NCBI GenBank assembly: GCA_047967505.1 | Contig: CM106538.1 | DNA length: 64,000 bases | Strand: one strand, 5' to 3' | Source: Dipteris shenzhenensis | Lineage: Eukaryota | Shown here: positions 24,645-37,831 of the stretch, one piece after another | How the letters are laid out: each line of letters starts with the position of its first letter | Numbering within the stretch: the stretch's first letter is position 1 | The notes under the pieces: model-generated | Told to the model about the DNA's origin: nothing | Databases searched by the model: none | The model's input: only the letters and a program-made list of their open reading frames with translations | Program-made: the position numbers and the translations under genes

Positions 24645-27600
24645 CAAGAGCCATATCCCACTTGTGGATCTAATCACCTCAATGCCCAAAAAGTAACGCA
24701 GCTCTCCCAAATCCTTCATCTCAAACTTCTGCTTCAATAGCATTTTCACATGAAGGATATCTTCATCACTATCACATGTGATTATCAAATCATCAACATA
24801 AATGACAAGCAGCATAATGCCTTTCTCTATTTTTCTCACATAAAGTGAGAAATCTGCCTTGGAAATCTGAAAGCCAATAGTGACAATATATTGTCCTATC
24901 TTGTCAGACCATGCTCTGGGTGCTTGCTTCAAGCCATACAAGGCTTTCTTCAACCTGTAAATAAACTCAGGATAAACAACATGAACATAACTTGGTGGCT
25001 GCTCCATATAGACCTCTTCTTTTAAATCACCATGCAAGAAGGCATTCTTTACATCCATCTGATGTAAAGACCATCCCTTTAATGCAGCCATAGCAATGAC
25101 TGCTCTTACGGTTGCCATCCTTGCAACTAGACTGAATGTTTCTTCATAATTATGTCTGTGCATACCCCTTGACAACTAATCTTGTCTTCTATCTGTTCAC
25201 AGAACCATCTGTATTGTGATTCATCTTATAAACCCACTTGCAGCCAATTGCATTCTTGTCTTTAGGCAAAGGCACCAATTCCCATGTAGCATTTACTTCC
25301 AAGGCATCCATTTCTTCATCCATGGCTTTCTCCCATTTTTCTTTTCCCATGGCTTGCTCAAAAGAAGTGGGTTCTGGTTCATGTATCACTTTGACCATAT
25401 AGGCATAGTGAATGGCTATAAATCCATCATATTTCAGCCTATCCACAGGATACCTAGCTCTGGTAGACCTGTGCAAAATAGGCTCACTACCAGGTGCTCT
25501 CAAAACATCCCTTGTCTTCCTTACTCTAGGTGTAACAACAGAAGGAATACCCAGTTCATCATCAAGGCTCTATTCTGAGCCACAAGATTCACCATCAAAA
25601 TAAGAGTGACTTGCATTCACATCAAACATGGGCTGATCTACTTTATCTTTTCCTTTTTGTGATACTTGCATACCACTATCTGCATTGCTTTGAGGAGATC
25701 CTCCTGATCTCAATCTGCCTATCCATGGTCAAGTATGTGAACCACTACTAGAGGACACTACAAGTCCACTAATATTTTGTGATTGTTGCTATGAATTCTG
25801 TGCAGCATTACCATTTTGTGCATCTACATCATCAATCACATTTAGTGGTTTATACCAGCTACTCATCTCATCAAAAACATCTCTGCTTATTGTAAACTTA
25901 TGAGTAGAAGGGTTATAACATCTATACCCTTTTTGCTGCAGAGAATAACCAATAAAGATGCACTTCTCAGCTTTTGGATCCAACTTGGATCTCAACTCAT
26001 CTGGCACATGAACATAGGCAATGCAACCAAAAACTTTCAACTGAGAAATATCTGGTTTCCTACCAGTATACCTCTCCTCTGGCGTCATGCCATGTATTGC
26101 TACAGTGGGAGTCCTGTTCATTATGTAGACTACTGTAGGAACTGCTTCAGTGCAATAATAATCTGGCAGGTCTTTTCCATTTAGCATGGCATGAGATACC
26201 TCTCCAATATGCCTGTTTTTCCTTTCTCTGCAAGTCCATTTTGTTGTGGGGTATGACTGCATGAATATTGCTGCTTTATGCCATGCTCCTGTAGGAAACT
26301 TGCAAACTCATTTGAGAGGTAGTCTCCCTCTCCATTTGACCTTAGGCATTTTATTTACAGGCCTGTTTCTTTTTCAATCATAGCTTTAAAAGCTTTGAAA
26401 TGCTCAAACACTTCACTTTTCTTTTTCATAAAATAAACCCAAACTTTTCTGTTGTAGTCATCAATAAAAGTGACAAAATAATGATAGCCTCCAATAGATG
26501 CAGCTTTAGTAACACCTTAGAGTGGATTAATTCCAATGGCCTCTTACTCTCTTGAACATGTCTAGGAAATGGTTTCCTTGCCTGTTTTTCAAATTGATAG
26601 GCTTCACATACCTTATGCATTTTTGTAACCTTGAACTTAGGCAATCTTGCAACAATATTTTGGGCCTGCATTAATTTAAGTCGATGTACATTAACATGAC
26701 CAATGTGTTTATGCCAGATATCAATATCTACAACTACATTGGTCCCATGTGTAAACATTGCTACACTCAATTCAGGCATGTCCGCATCCAACGTAAACAT
26801 CTTGCCCTTCTTCTTCCCTTTTGCTATCAAGCAACCTTTATTTTTCATATCCTCAATAAAGCATCGATGAGGATTAAATCTGACCTGCAAGCCCTGCTCG
26901 ACCATTTGACCAACAGAAACGAGGTTCTTGGTGATGTTTGAGACATGAAATACATCAAACAGGTATTTATTTTTTCCATCTTGCATAAACAAAGGAATTT
27001 TATCAATCTGCACATAGGATGTGCAGTATCATCACCAGTCTCCACAAATCCTAGTCTTTCCATTTTCCTTGCATCCTGCATCTATTCTGCATGTCCTGTC
27101 ATGTAGTTTGATGGACCTGAGTCAACATACCACACATCATTGCTTTCTTCTACACTTGTCACAGAATTGGTCATGTGCTACACCATAAATAGATGCTCTT
27201 TTCTATCATCACCCTATCTACTAGAGGATGCATAATTGCATTGCTACAATTTTCTAGTCATGATGTCATTCTACTTTTTATAGCAGTCTTTAACCATATG
27301 ACCCATTTTACCACAGTAGTAGCATTCAACATTGCTGTTTGCATTTTGGCCTCTCTACCATCCACCATGACCTCTTTGGCTCCCCTTGCCTCTAAAGTTA
27401 TCACGTCCTCCTCCATAGGACTGGTTTTCTTGAATTTGCTGCATATTTTGATTTCTGCCATGGCCTCCAAATTGGCCTGCTCTACCTCTGCCTCTACCTC
27501 TTCCAACATTTGAGTAGAAGACAACTTCTTTTGAAGTTCCTCCTGAAGAAGATGCACCACCATTTCTCTGCTCTTTAGAAATTAGAAGAGCAATCAACTC

Positions 27601-28757
27601 CTCAAAATCAGGAAAATTCTCATGGACGGCAATTTATGTCCAGAATTGTGCATAATCCTTTCCTAGACCATTCAAGGTCACAGAAACTAAATCATCATCT
27701 TCCACTGGCCACCCAATAGAAGCAAGTGCATCTGCAATCTTCTTTACCTTCATGTGGTATTCATTGATGCTCATATTTTCTCTTTGCACATTATGCAACT
27801 CCTGCTTGAGCTATATTTTCTTGGCTTGCGTATTTGTGCTATACATTTTTGTCAAAGTATCCCATGCCTCCTTTGACGTGCTTGCATCCTGAATATGCAC
27901 AATCATAGAATCTGAAATACTGATAAACAGCCAGTACATAACTTTTTTGGCTCTCTCATGCCAACCTTTAAATGCCTACAACTCTTGTTGATTGGGAAGA
28001 TTAGCAATAAGTGGTTCTTGTTCAGCTCTAGTAATGAACTCCCAATAGCCTTTTCCCTTAAGGAAATTCGTTATTCTAAACTTCCATGCTTGGAAATTTT
28101 TTCTTATCAAGCTTTTCAGTGACAATTTGTGAAAGAGCATTAGACACCATTACAGAACACTGCAAAATATTCTATCACTGCAAAAAAACACAACTTCTGC
28201 CTCACAAGGGCAAACTGCCCTCTCGCCACACCGCGAAGGGCATCCCAATCTGAGGCAGTGCACTCTTGCACTTTCCGGCTATGCTATCAGAGATTTGCTC
28301 CCAAACTCAAAAAAAGAAAAGCAACACTGATCCTCTTACTAGGACACCATGAACTTGGTTTGCTTTCTCTAGCTCCTTACCACGAACCGAGCTCTAATAC
28401 CATGTGAAGAGAGTGGGAGAGAAGGAAGGAGTCTCACTTACAGCTTTCTCACATACATAATGGGGGAATATACACAAAGGTGAAGCTAAAAATAGTTTTC
28501 CTCTTCTTAGTTGTGAAAGCCAAAAGAACTCTCTAAGTATAAAATGAATAGGTGAACCCTATATGTGGGTCTCAAACCAAACTCAGCTAACTAAGGTGGC
28601 ATACTAAGTGAGCCACTAACTAGAGTACATAAAGATAGCTATTATCCAGCTATTATTCATGGGCGGTGTATCGACCGCATCTGCAACTAACAAGTCGGTG
28701 ACATAAATGCACAACGGTCACCTTGGCATATCACGAGTGGAGCTCGATATATCAATA
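24645..28757 (-). mobile_element. Ty1/copia copy B (same family as copy A): 5' LTR 28403-28757, PBS 28391-28402, gag ATG at 28150
   Basis: Minus-strand ORFs 24480, 25189, 25789, 26426 and 27355 are nearly identical to copy A peptides. The LTR is the reverse complement of 9466-9731 plus ~100 bp that copy A lacks. Confidence 0.95.
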
Positions 28758-30786
28758 GGGCTGTCGGCTACTTTGACAGCGAAGAACGGTGAGAGAGGGC
28801 TACTTCCTTGCCCCCTTCTTTTGTCTTTGGCCACGGTCCCACTTATGTCTTTGATGAAATCAGCCTTGGTCTATCGAACTGTCCCTTCCTTCAAGGGAGC
28901 AGCTCAGTTGCAAATTATTCGTAGATGAGACTATGGCGATGGTATAGGAAGACAAGCCCAGCGTCCAGAGATCCTACAGATCTTGGATACCTTTTGCATT
29001 GCTTTGGGCTCCAAATGCAACTGGGCAAAAACCTTTCTTTTAAGGATGTTCAATGATCCTGCACCCGTCTGGCTCGAGGAGCTAGGGGTGGAATCCATCC
29101 CAAAAGGCAAAGTTGTTTGCTACTTGGGTGCCCCACTCGGAATTGACTTGTCAAGGAGGTAGAGATTTGAGTGGTTTCTGGACCAAATCATAAGGTAAAA
29201 ATTTAGGCATGGAGCGGGTTGTCCCTCAGCTAGAAATCACGCATTCTAGTGGTTCATCGTATTCTCACTGCCTCAATCACTTACACGGCATCAATATGGC
29301 ACTTCTCCAAAATGCAATGGCTAGAGGTAGACAAGCTCTTTTGCGGCTTTGTTTGGGAAAAGGATCAGGGGAAAAAAAGGATGCATTATATCCCATGGGA
29401 TCCACTAAATGTGCCCAAGCTACAAGGAGGCTGAATCTACTGGACTACTGCTTCAAGAATATAGCAATGCTAGGTAAGTTGTTGCCATGCCTATTTGAGG
29501 TGAATGCTCCATGGGTGGCCATGGTTAAATATTTCATATCCAACAACTCAAGGGGAGTAGGAAATTGGCCTAATCTTGGCTGGTACGACTGCATATGCTC
29601 CTCATTCTCGGTGAACATAAAGGCTCGGATGTTTCCTAAGGTCTGGTTCAAGCTTGGAAATTAGGGGTCAAGATCATGACATGGAAGGGGCGAAAGGGTC
29701 TACGCAGACACACGAGCTTGAAAGAGAGCATCTGGTGGAGCAGAGCACCGCCCAAAGAAGGGGAGCCTTTTGCGATGTACGACATACGCAGAGCGAGGAG
29801 CCTTTATAGGAAAGGCATCAGGATCTGGGAAGATCTATGGGATGCAAGGAAGGCACATTGGCACAACATGGACCAATTGCACAACTCCTTTGCTCTCACC
29901 GATGGGGAGGCAGACGTGATTCAAGCCATGCTCGACTGCATCCCTGACTCATGGCCAACCAATGTAGTCTCTGCAATGGACTGGAGAGCCAATCAGTGGA
30001 TAGTAGGCAAGACCCATCACAATCTGACAGCTAATTTTTTCTACAATCATCTCATTCAGACGGAATTGAGATTTCTAGGCTTCAATCGCAAATGGAACCT
30101 TAAACACGGGCCGTCATGTTGGAGGAAAAAATATGAATTGATCTAGAGAAGCTGCCCGATAGGCAAGGCGAGATTCCTCATGTGGAAACTTATGAATTGG
30201 TGGCTGCCTATTTGGGGGAAGCTAGCAAAACATCTCCCAATGAATCCGATGTGTGGTCTTTGTAGCGTGACCCCAGAGTTTGTAAGGCATCTCTTTTGGA
30301 ACTATCCCGTGATGCAGGAAGTTTGGCAAAAAGTAGAGCGAGCCATTAGGAGCACATGTTTGATGGCTCAGTCCAAGTTAGGAGCAAGGTGGAGAGCAAT
30401 GCTCTTAGGTGACACATACAAAATCCCCTCCACATTGGCAGATGTTGGCCTTTGATTAGGGCACTGGTTCTCCTCGTGGTGTGGGAGACGAGGAACCAAT
30501 CTGCGTTCCAATATCATATGCAGAAAGGGCTGAGAGCCTCGAGCATAATCTCTAGAGTGAGAGCATATCTTTCAGGCTTTAGCTTCATAGTTGTAGAGAA
30601 GGAGCCCCTAGTTAGTACTATGCTGAAGGAAATGAAATCGGCCTCGAGGTCAGGCTAGTGGGTGGTAGCTACATGCAGCGCTGGTCCCGGGCTCTAGCCC
30701 TTCCCGTACCCAATTTTGTATGACTGGTCCTTTTGGCAGGCTGACCACTCGCTCTTAATAAATTTAGCAATTTTTTAAAAAGAAAA
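28758..30786 (+). mobile_element. L1 LINE 3' segment (RT C-half, zf-RVT, A-rich tail)
   Basis: VREGYFLAP (degenerate RQGCPLSP), LFVDE (FADD-like), YLGAPLG, PKLQGGLNL, CGLCSVTPEFVRHLFW, LVVWETRN. AATAAA at 30757 is followed by an A-rich end. Confidence 0.85.
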
Positions 30787-31159
30787 GTCATATGTGGTTA
30801 AGGAAGAGGAGCATGTTCATGGTAATTTGTGTGTAAATAATTTATTGTACAAAGCATTACATAGGTGCAAATATTTATGTGAAAGCATAGGTACCAAAAC
30901 TTTGTACTTGATTTGCATTAGAGCCCTAGAATATGTTTTGATTCATTGCCTACAAGATTCCTCTCAGTCATGTAATTACATGTATAGTCATGAAGACCTC
31001 CATGCTTGAGAGGTTGCCTGAACTCATTTGTATTGGACCCCTAACCTCATGGAAGGAGACATCAACTTACATGCAAGGGAGCACCAACTTAGTTATGCAA
31101 GGAGCACATTAGTATTTCATTTATTACAATTGATGTTAAGGCACCTTGTTCAACAATGT

Positions 31160-31220
31160 GGACTGATTGGTATCGAACCCCTAACTTCATGGAAGGATGC
31201 AACCACCAATTGAGTGGTGT
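31160..31220 (-). mobile_element. tRNA-derived SINE head remnant
   Basis: The minus strand reads ctcaattggtgg (A-box-like) ... ggttcgatacc (B box). A more decayed copy of the same motif lies at ~31030-31056. Not a complete tRNA. Confidence 0.5.
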
Positions 31221-31299
31221 TAGAAGCCCTTTAATATTTTAGGGATTATAGGTGATCTTGATACACCCTCTTTAACAATGTAGGATAGCATATCTCTAA

Positions 31300-33500
31300 T
31301 CAATATGCATGGAAACATATGTGGCAAAGAAAAAGTGCATTAATAGAAATGCAATGGTTTACTCCCTTGACACCTCCTTACAAAAAGAAAAGGCATCAAA
31401 ACCATTCCTAGGGTAGGCAAATGTGTTTTCGCCACTAGAAACTAACAATCTATGGGGCATAATCCCTACACATCTAATGAGCATACACTATTCCATGTGT
31501 CATATAGTCCCATATAATGAAGCAAAGAGAAGACATACCCTCAACAAGTAATGTGTTGTACATAAATCATTATCATGTACAAAGTACTCCTCCCATTTGT
31601 ATCCCAAAATCAATATTACATATGTGAAAACATTATTTAACTTCATAAATCTAGCCATCAAACTCTACATCCTAATCTACTCAATTGTTACAATTGATGC
31701 ATGGAGAACCTTCTCTAGGAGTCAAATTAGCTCAAAAATAGAACCAAAGCTACCTTTAAAATCACAATAAGCACATCTTCATGCAAAAGAAGCTAAGGAA
31801 AATACACAAGCCAATCCAAGAGAAGCAAACCATGTGCTCTTTTTCCTAGCTCCCAAACATCACTGAGCTATCCAATTCAACTTGATAGCCATTCAAAGTG
31901 ACCCATTATTCCTCTTCTCCATGATATATTTCTTAAGACAGAGCTCTTAATTAAGATATATCAAGCCCATAGCTTACATGTTCCAAGTTGAGCATGTAAG
32001 GAAAATTCATGGGGGAGTACCTAAATTATCTTGTTGCAATGAAATATAAACTATGCATCTCAAATAGCAGTGTAGGTATACTATGTCACCATGTATAATA
32101 TTTATGAAAAAGAGCATGGAGCTCTTTGTTTTAAATCAATCAATAATGTACTAGATTTTTGCATAGTGATGAGAATAAAACTAGAGGGAATAGAGAAAGA
32201 ACTTGTCAATAAGCCTGGAAGCTGATTTAGGAACTCATTGCTAATCAAAGGAGGACATCACTAGTGAAAACCTCCACCATATTTTCTATCATTGTGTGTT
32301 CCAAATGTAATACCTTATATGGGTGCCCCAATCAGATGATCAAGATACACAAATATTATGCAAGAAATAAACTATGGCAAAAGGCTCCTAGAGGTTCTAG
32401 AGGAAACCATGCCAACATGAGACAACAATGATAGGTAGGTTGAAAAAGAGGAAAATTTTAAATAATATGGAAGTCTCACCTAGAATATTATAGACATGTA
32501 GCCTCCTACCAAACTGGATAAGACCCAAGGAAGATCCACCTCAGGATCACTAAATGTTTGAAGACTAGGGTTATAAACTCTATACAAAACAATCACTCTG
32601 AACTCAACTCAAGGTGTCCCCATTCGGTGTCCATTCCAAAAGAAATCTGCCCCTTAAAATGCGTGATCTCCTTGATCACTTCTCCAAGTCTCCTAATACA
32701 TGGTATATTTTTCCATGAAATAAGGAAATCTTGACAATCCTTCAAAAAGGCCTCATAATATTGTTCACCACTTATCCATGGATGTAGCCCTATAACTTGG
32801 GTTCAAAGGGAGGAGTAGTCAAATCTAGGAAATTCATGAAAATATATACAAAGGTGTGCTTTTAGCTTCATTCGTGAATCTCCAAGGCAGTTCAAATTGC
32901 CATACAATCATTTCTTTAAGTTTTTGCTTGTTTCTCCTTTATGTTGATATGGATTTGAGAGAAGACTTTGCAACCACCATGATTAATAGCATTGAAAATC
33001 CAACTATATTGTACATTGGTGCTCATATGCTAGGACTAGCTTATCAATAAGTGAGCCAAATGTTTAAAAATAACCCTATCGCATAGGGTTATCATCTCCT
33101 ACAATATCTCATGCACCTTGGACCAACTCAACAATAAGGCTTTCCATGTTAACACACCATAATGGATCTACCAAAGAAGTGCATCCTAGGATATGAAGGG
33201 AAGTCACATAAAAGATGACCAAGGAGTTAATATGTAATCCCACTTGCAAGTTTTCACTTTCAAAATCTAAAGCTTTGGAATTAGTAGCTCTAACATGCAC
33301 CTATAGACAAGCCACAAACCCATAGATTCAACTGCAAAATTAGAATCAATTCCAAAAGAGCTAGTAAATCTAACATGTAATTCTAGAGTCTCACCAAACA
33401 AAGTTGTTAGATCTTACCACTTTAAACTAATATCTAGTAGCCCAAGTGCATATTATTGTGTTTCAATGCCTAATATTTCCAATTAAGCATTCATCTGCAT
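31300..33500 (-). mobile_element. Possible highly decayed LINE ORF2 remnant
   Basis: Only faint motifs: MR*GYF near 33070-33087 resembles RQGCPL, and GLDIS lies near 31960. Boundaries are guesses. Confidence 0.3.
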
Positions 33501-34162
33501 GATGTTTCATGTTGATAAGGGGAAGCAAAGTGCTCAAAATATTCAATTGTAGATGTGGTGTCACGTCAAGAAAACATGAAAAACAACAAGATCATCATCA
33601 AGAAATGACAAGAATAGATCCTTATAAATGAAGAGCTTGGGCACCACTCCACGTTGGGAGTAAATTTTTCTTCAAAAGAAACACTGACTAGGTCATTCGA
33701 ATTGTGGCTTCATTCCTTTAGTCTCTCCCTAAACATTGAGAATGCTTATTTTTCTTTTGTGCAAATTCTTGAAACATTGTTGCATTATCCTAGTAATTGT
33801 CTTGTGGGCTTGCACTGTATAGGATAGGTATTTACATGGGTATGGAGGCCACAAGTCATAACATGAGAAGCAAGATATGGGAGTAAGAAGGCTATGGGTT
33901 TGAATATGGAGCACATCGTAGCATATAATAGTAGTTTTAAGTAGGAAATATAGTCGAGGGAGTGGCATGTGAGCACTATCTTTAAGTTTCCAACTCTATA
34001 AGAAAGTCAAGAAGGATCATGGTGAATGAGATCCCTATAGTAGCACAGTAGCAATGCAAAGTTAGCATCATGGTATATGCACATGGGTTACTTGGTCATT
34101 TGGGTCTCCTTGAGGCATTGGTTTCCTAAGAGCATGAAGGTGACTCTGGGTGGATGGTTTAG

Positions 34163-34326
<164 letters not shown>

Positions 34327-34329
34327 CCA

Positions 34330-35321
34330 TAGACTACTTGATGGGCTCCCCGATTTTTATGACATGGTTGCAGGACTTCAAAGTCCCTCTTGGTGTCATT
34401 TAGTATCTTGACTACATTGCCAGCCATGGTATGTGATCCACCTTCCCCCAGCCACGTCTAAGTATCTTATCCCATGGGCTTGCAATTCCTCTTAGAGATG
34501 ACGAAGTTCTTTCTCTTGCCTCAAACACACTAGTATTAGTGATTCATGATGCCGCCACCAAATTATTTCCTACGATTAGATCCACAACTCTCTCCTCAGC
34601 TATGAAGATGCCATAGAACCCTTGGTTTGATGAGGAGTGCTGGGTGATGAGATCCCACCTCGTACGGTAGTAGGGATTGGGACAAATGACGAGATCTAAG
34701 GCACATCGTATTTCACAATGTCTGACGTGATGGAAGAGGCGGACATTCCTCTCACATAGAAAGTCATCCAATCTTTTCATGGAGATGATCCCAGTTTTTT
34801 ATGGGGACTCTTATCCGAGGGGAAGCCACCTATACCCATCATAGATCTAGTTGTGTGGCACACCTATGTGACATCCCTCTACGATGTCCTGGCTCAAACA
34901 CCACCTAATATGTTTGCTCTCCTATGGCCCAGCACTTGCAGGTTCTTCACTCCATAGAATGTGAGGGCTACATTACGCTGGCTCCACAACCAAAGAGCCC
35001 AGTATCATGAGGGGCTATGGACTCAGCACTTTGCACATGGATAGGAGGTCTTGACCCCGATCTTAGCACAGATATTCAATCATGCTATGTTCCATGGCTT
35101 CCCCCTTGCTTGGAGTACTACCACCATTGTGCTAATACACAAAGTAGGAGATCCCATGGATACTAGAAACTATCACACTCGATGATTGGTCACACGTTGG
35201 CTAATATCTATGGATCGTGGTGCTTGAGCGAGAGATTAGCTCCTACATAGAGGCACACAAATAGAGAGAATTAGGGTATGCTAGCTTCAAGAGACAACAC
35301 TCTACTCTTGATCATATCTTA
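34330..35321 (+). mobile_element. RTE/RTEX-like LINE fragment (endonuclease end to RT N-terminus)
   Basis: Similar to 61100-61720 (e.g. gaggggaagccacctatacccatca). RT motifs ILAQIFNHA, WSTTTIVLIHKVGD and FKRQHSTLDHIL. Cut by a copia LTR. Confidence 0.75.
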
Positions 35322-35586
35322 TGTTGAGATATCGAGCTCCACTCGTGATATGCCAGGGTGACCGTTGTGCATTTATGTCATCGACTTGTTAGCTGCAAAT
35401 GTGGTTGGTACACCACCCATGAATAATAGCTGGATGACTTCTATCTTTATGTACTCTAGTTAGTGGCTCAGTTAGTATGCCACCTAGGTTAGTTGAGTTT
35501 GGTTTGAGACCCACATATAGGGTTCACCTATTCCTTTTGTACTTAGAGAGAGTTCTTTTGGCTTTCACAACTAAGAAGAGGAAAAC
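35322..35586 (+). mobile_element. Partial LTR of the same copia family
   Basis: Starts tgttgagatatcgagctccactc, as at 9466. Matches the reverse complement of ~28495-28757. The 3' part is missing. Confidence 0.9.
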
Positions 35587-35880
35587 CATACAGAGACAAG
35601 GTTAGTTTCCTGCCATGCGATGATAGCAGAAAAATGAAGAAGAAAGGCATGGTTTAATAGAAACCTTAAAGATAAAGAGATTAAGCAAGGTGATCTAATT
35701 ATGCTCTACAATGCCAAAGTACACAAGGACAAACTCAAATATCTAGGTCAAGACCTCATAGAGTTAAAAAGATGAATCCCATTGGAGCAAATATGCTCGA
35801 AACATTGGATGGAGTCCAATTCGCCACCACAATTACAGTAGCTGATTGAAATGCTACTGCATGCCAATGCAAGCCATCCC
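35587..35880 (+). pseudogene. gypsy integrase C-terminal remnant
   Basis: KAWFNRNLKDKEIKQGDLIMLYN...KLKYLG resembles the 'GDLVLLY..KL' region that precedes the GPY motif. Confidence 0.55.
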
Positions 35881-37119
35881 TAAAAATAATGAAGATTTGG
35901 GAGTTCCAAGTCTTCCATAGTTAGCATTAGATTGTATCACGAGCACTCACTAGCATATGTATATCTTCACACATATAGGTAGCATCAATTAATTTCAACC
36001 TAGGGCTTAGAAGTAATGTGATTGATTCCTAGCTACCCTATGAAATCTTTGCAAAATAAGGATATAGTTAGTCCTTGCCTAGTTACTAGGCCACGTCACT
36101 CACATGCTTTTGCATAGGTACAGAGTAGATTGAATCAATAATTGTTCCACACACTTTCATTCCATAGTCTCAATGCATGTGCTAAATTCACATCTACCAC
36201 ATTGCCAAATGCAGATGCCTCAGAAGAAATGCCTATTAGGGAGAAAATGAGGAATTTCCCCAAGAGATGCTACAGCTCAATGCACGTTGTGACCAATATA
36301 TCTCCATCAGTAGCAATAACAACAGCAAGAGCCAGAGGCTACAGTGGTGCCAACACCACCCACTGTCAATATCATGCCGGTCAATGAGCCACAAGGAGAT
36401 CTAGTGCTAGCTCAGCAACACAACTACTGTACCCAAGTGTCCGGCCTAATAATGGAGAAACCCCCCACCAATACTACAGACGAGTTGCACTCCCATAAAT
36501 CAACCATCTCAAAGCTTGAACTCCAATTTCTAGTGCAAAACAATGAGGCAATGGATGACACCACGAATGAAGCCCCACTACATTGTGCAATGCTAGTGTA
36601 CCAAGGGCTTGTGGCTGCTCTACAAGTTGAAGATCATCTCAGAGCACAAGCGCTTATCCAATGGAAACAACTCCAACTCAAGATCATATCTGTTCATCTA
36701 AATAAAAATTGGGAACATTCCATGGGAACAAAACCTTTGCATAAAATTTGCCAACACTTTTTCAAAGATGAAAAAAATATCTTCTACTTGTGCACACATG
36801 ATGGGTTTACTACACTCAGGACAGATGCTTTCATAGCATATGTATGCCTTGTGGGTAGTCCTCCCCTCAAGGTCATTGGTGGTTTGTTGCCATTGCTATA
36901 AAATCCATCACTCTTATCTACAATGCAGTAACCAACATCACTCTTATCTCTACAAGGCATGACATAACCAACATCCCACCCTTGTAGTAGCTAATGATCC
37001 CATCTCACCAACAAAAAAAAGTATCAGAGGATGACATCACCTATCTCAAATCTATCTTGCCATATCTAACCACTCTTAATGCCAAACTCATAATCTCATT
37101 TTCCCTTGTTGCTACCACC

Positions 37120-37831
37120 ATTAGGAAAAAAGAGAGCTCACATTGGGACCTTTTAGGGTTTAGAAAATTAGGCTTTTGACCAATCAGAAGAGGGCCGATG
37201 TAACGTTGGAAAATACCAAAAACCATGTAAAAAGATAAAATAAGTCATATTTAAAATCTTTTTTTGTTATTATGTGTCACATATGTGATCTTCAAAAGAT
37301 GATTTTTTGTGTAGAATTCGATGATTTTGACATTGTCAGCGTGTCTGGAGTGGGCCAAAACCCCTCCATCGACCTTGGAGACACCGAAAACCGACGCACT
37401 CGAAGGACAAAAAAAGGGCAAAAATGCCCAAAACGGGGGATTTGTACTAAAACGCGATTTGGCTAGTTGGCACAGTGCCAAATCGCGTTATCGTGCCAAT
37501 TGGCCAAATAGCGTTTGAGTACAAATCCCTCGTTTTGAGCATTTTTGCCCTTTTTCGACCCTCAGAGCGTGTTGATTTTTGGTGTCTCCAGGGTCGGATT
37601 GGGGGGCTTTCGTCTGCTCCCGGATGCATTGGTGATGTCAAAATCATCAAATTCTGCACATAAAATCAAGGATCTTATATATGCATTTAATGTGAAGCCT
37701 GAGGACTAGACTGACATTTTTGTCGTAAGTATCCGTATTTTATGGTATTTCTCATATTTTGAGTGCAACAAAAATAGGTAAATAGTGAATTTCTTAGAGG
37801 ATCCCAAAATGAGTTCCCTTCTTTCCTAATG
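37120..37831. repeat. Long imperfect inverted repeat centred near 37481
   Basis: Inner arms ~37300-37471 and 37492-37668 are reverse complements (e.g. ggcaaaaatgcccaaaacg / cgttttgagcatttttgcc). Outer arms are cattaggaaaaaagagagctca / tgagttcccttctttcctaatg. Confidence 0.85.

Noticed and set aside
31160-31220. Functional tRNA gene
   Set aside because: A/B-box-like motifs are present but there is no complete cloverleaf; kept only as a SINE remnant.
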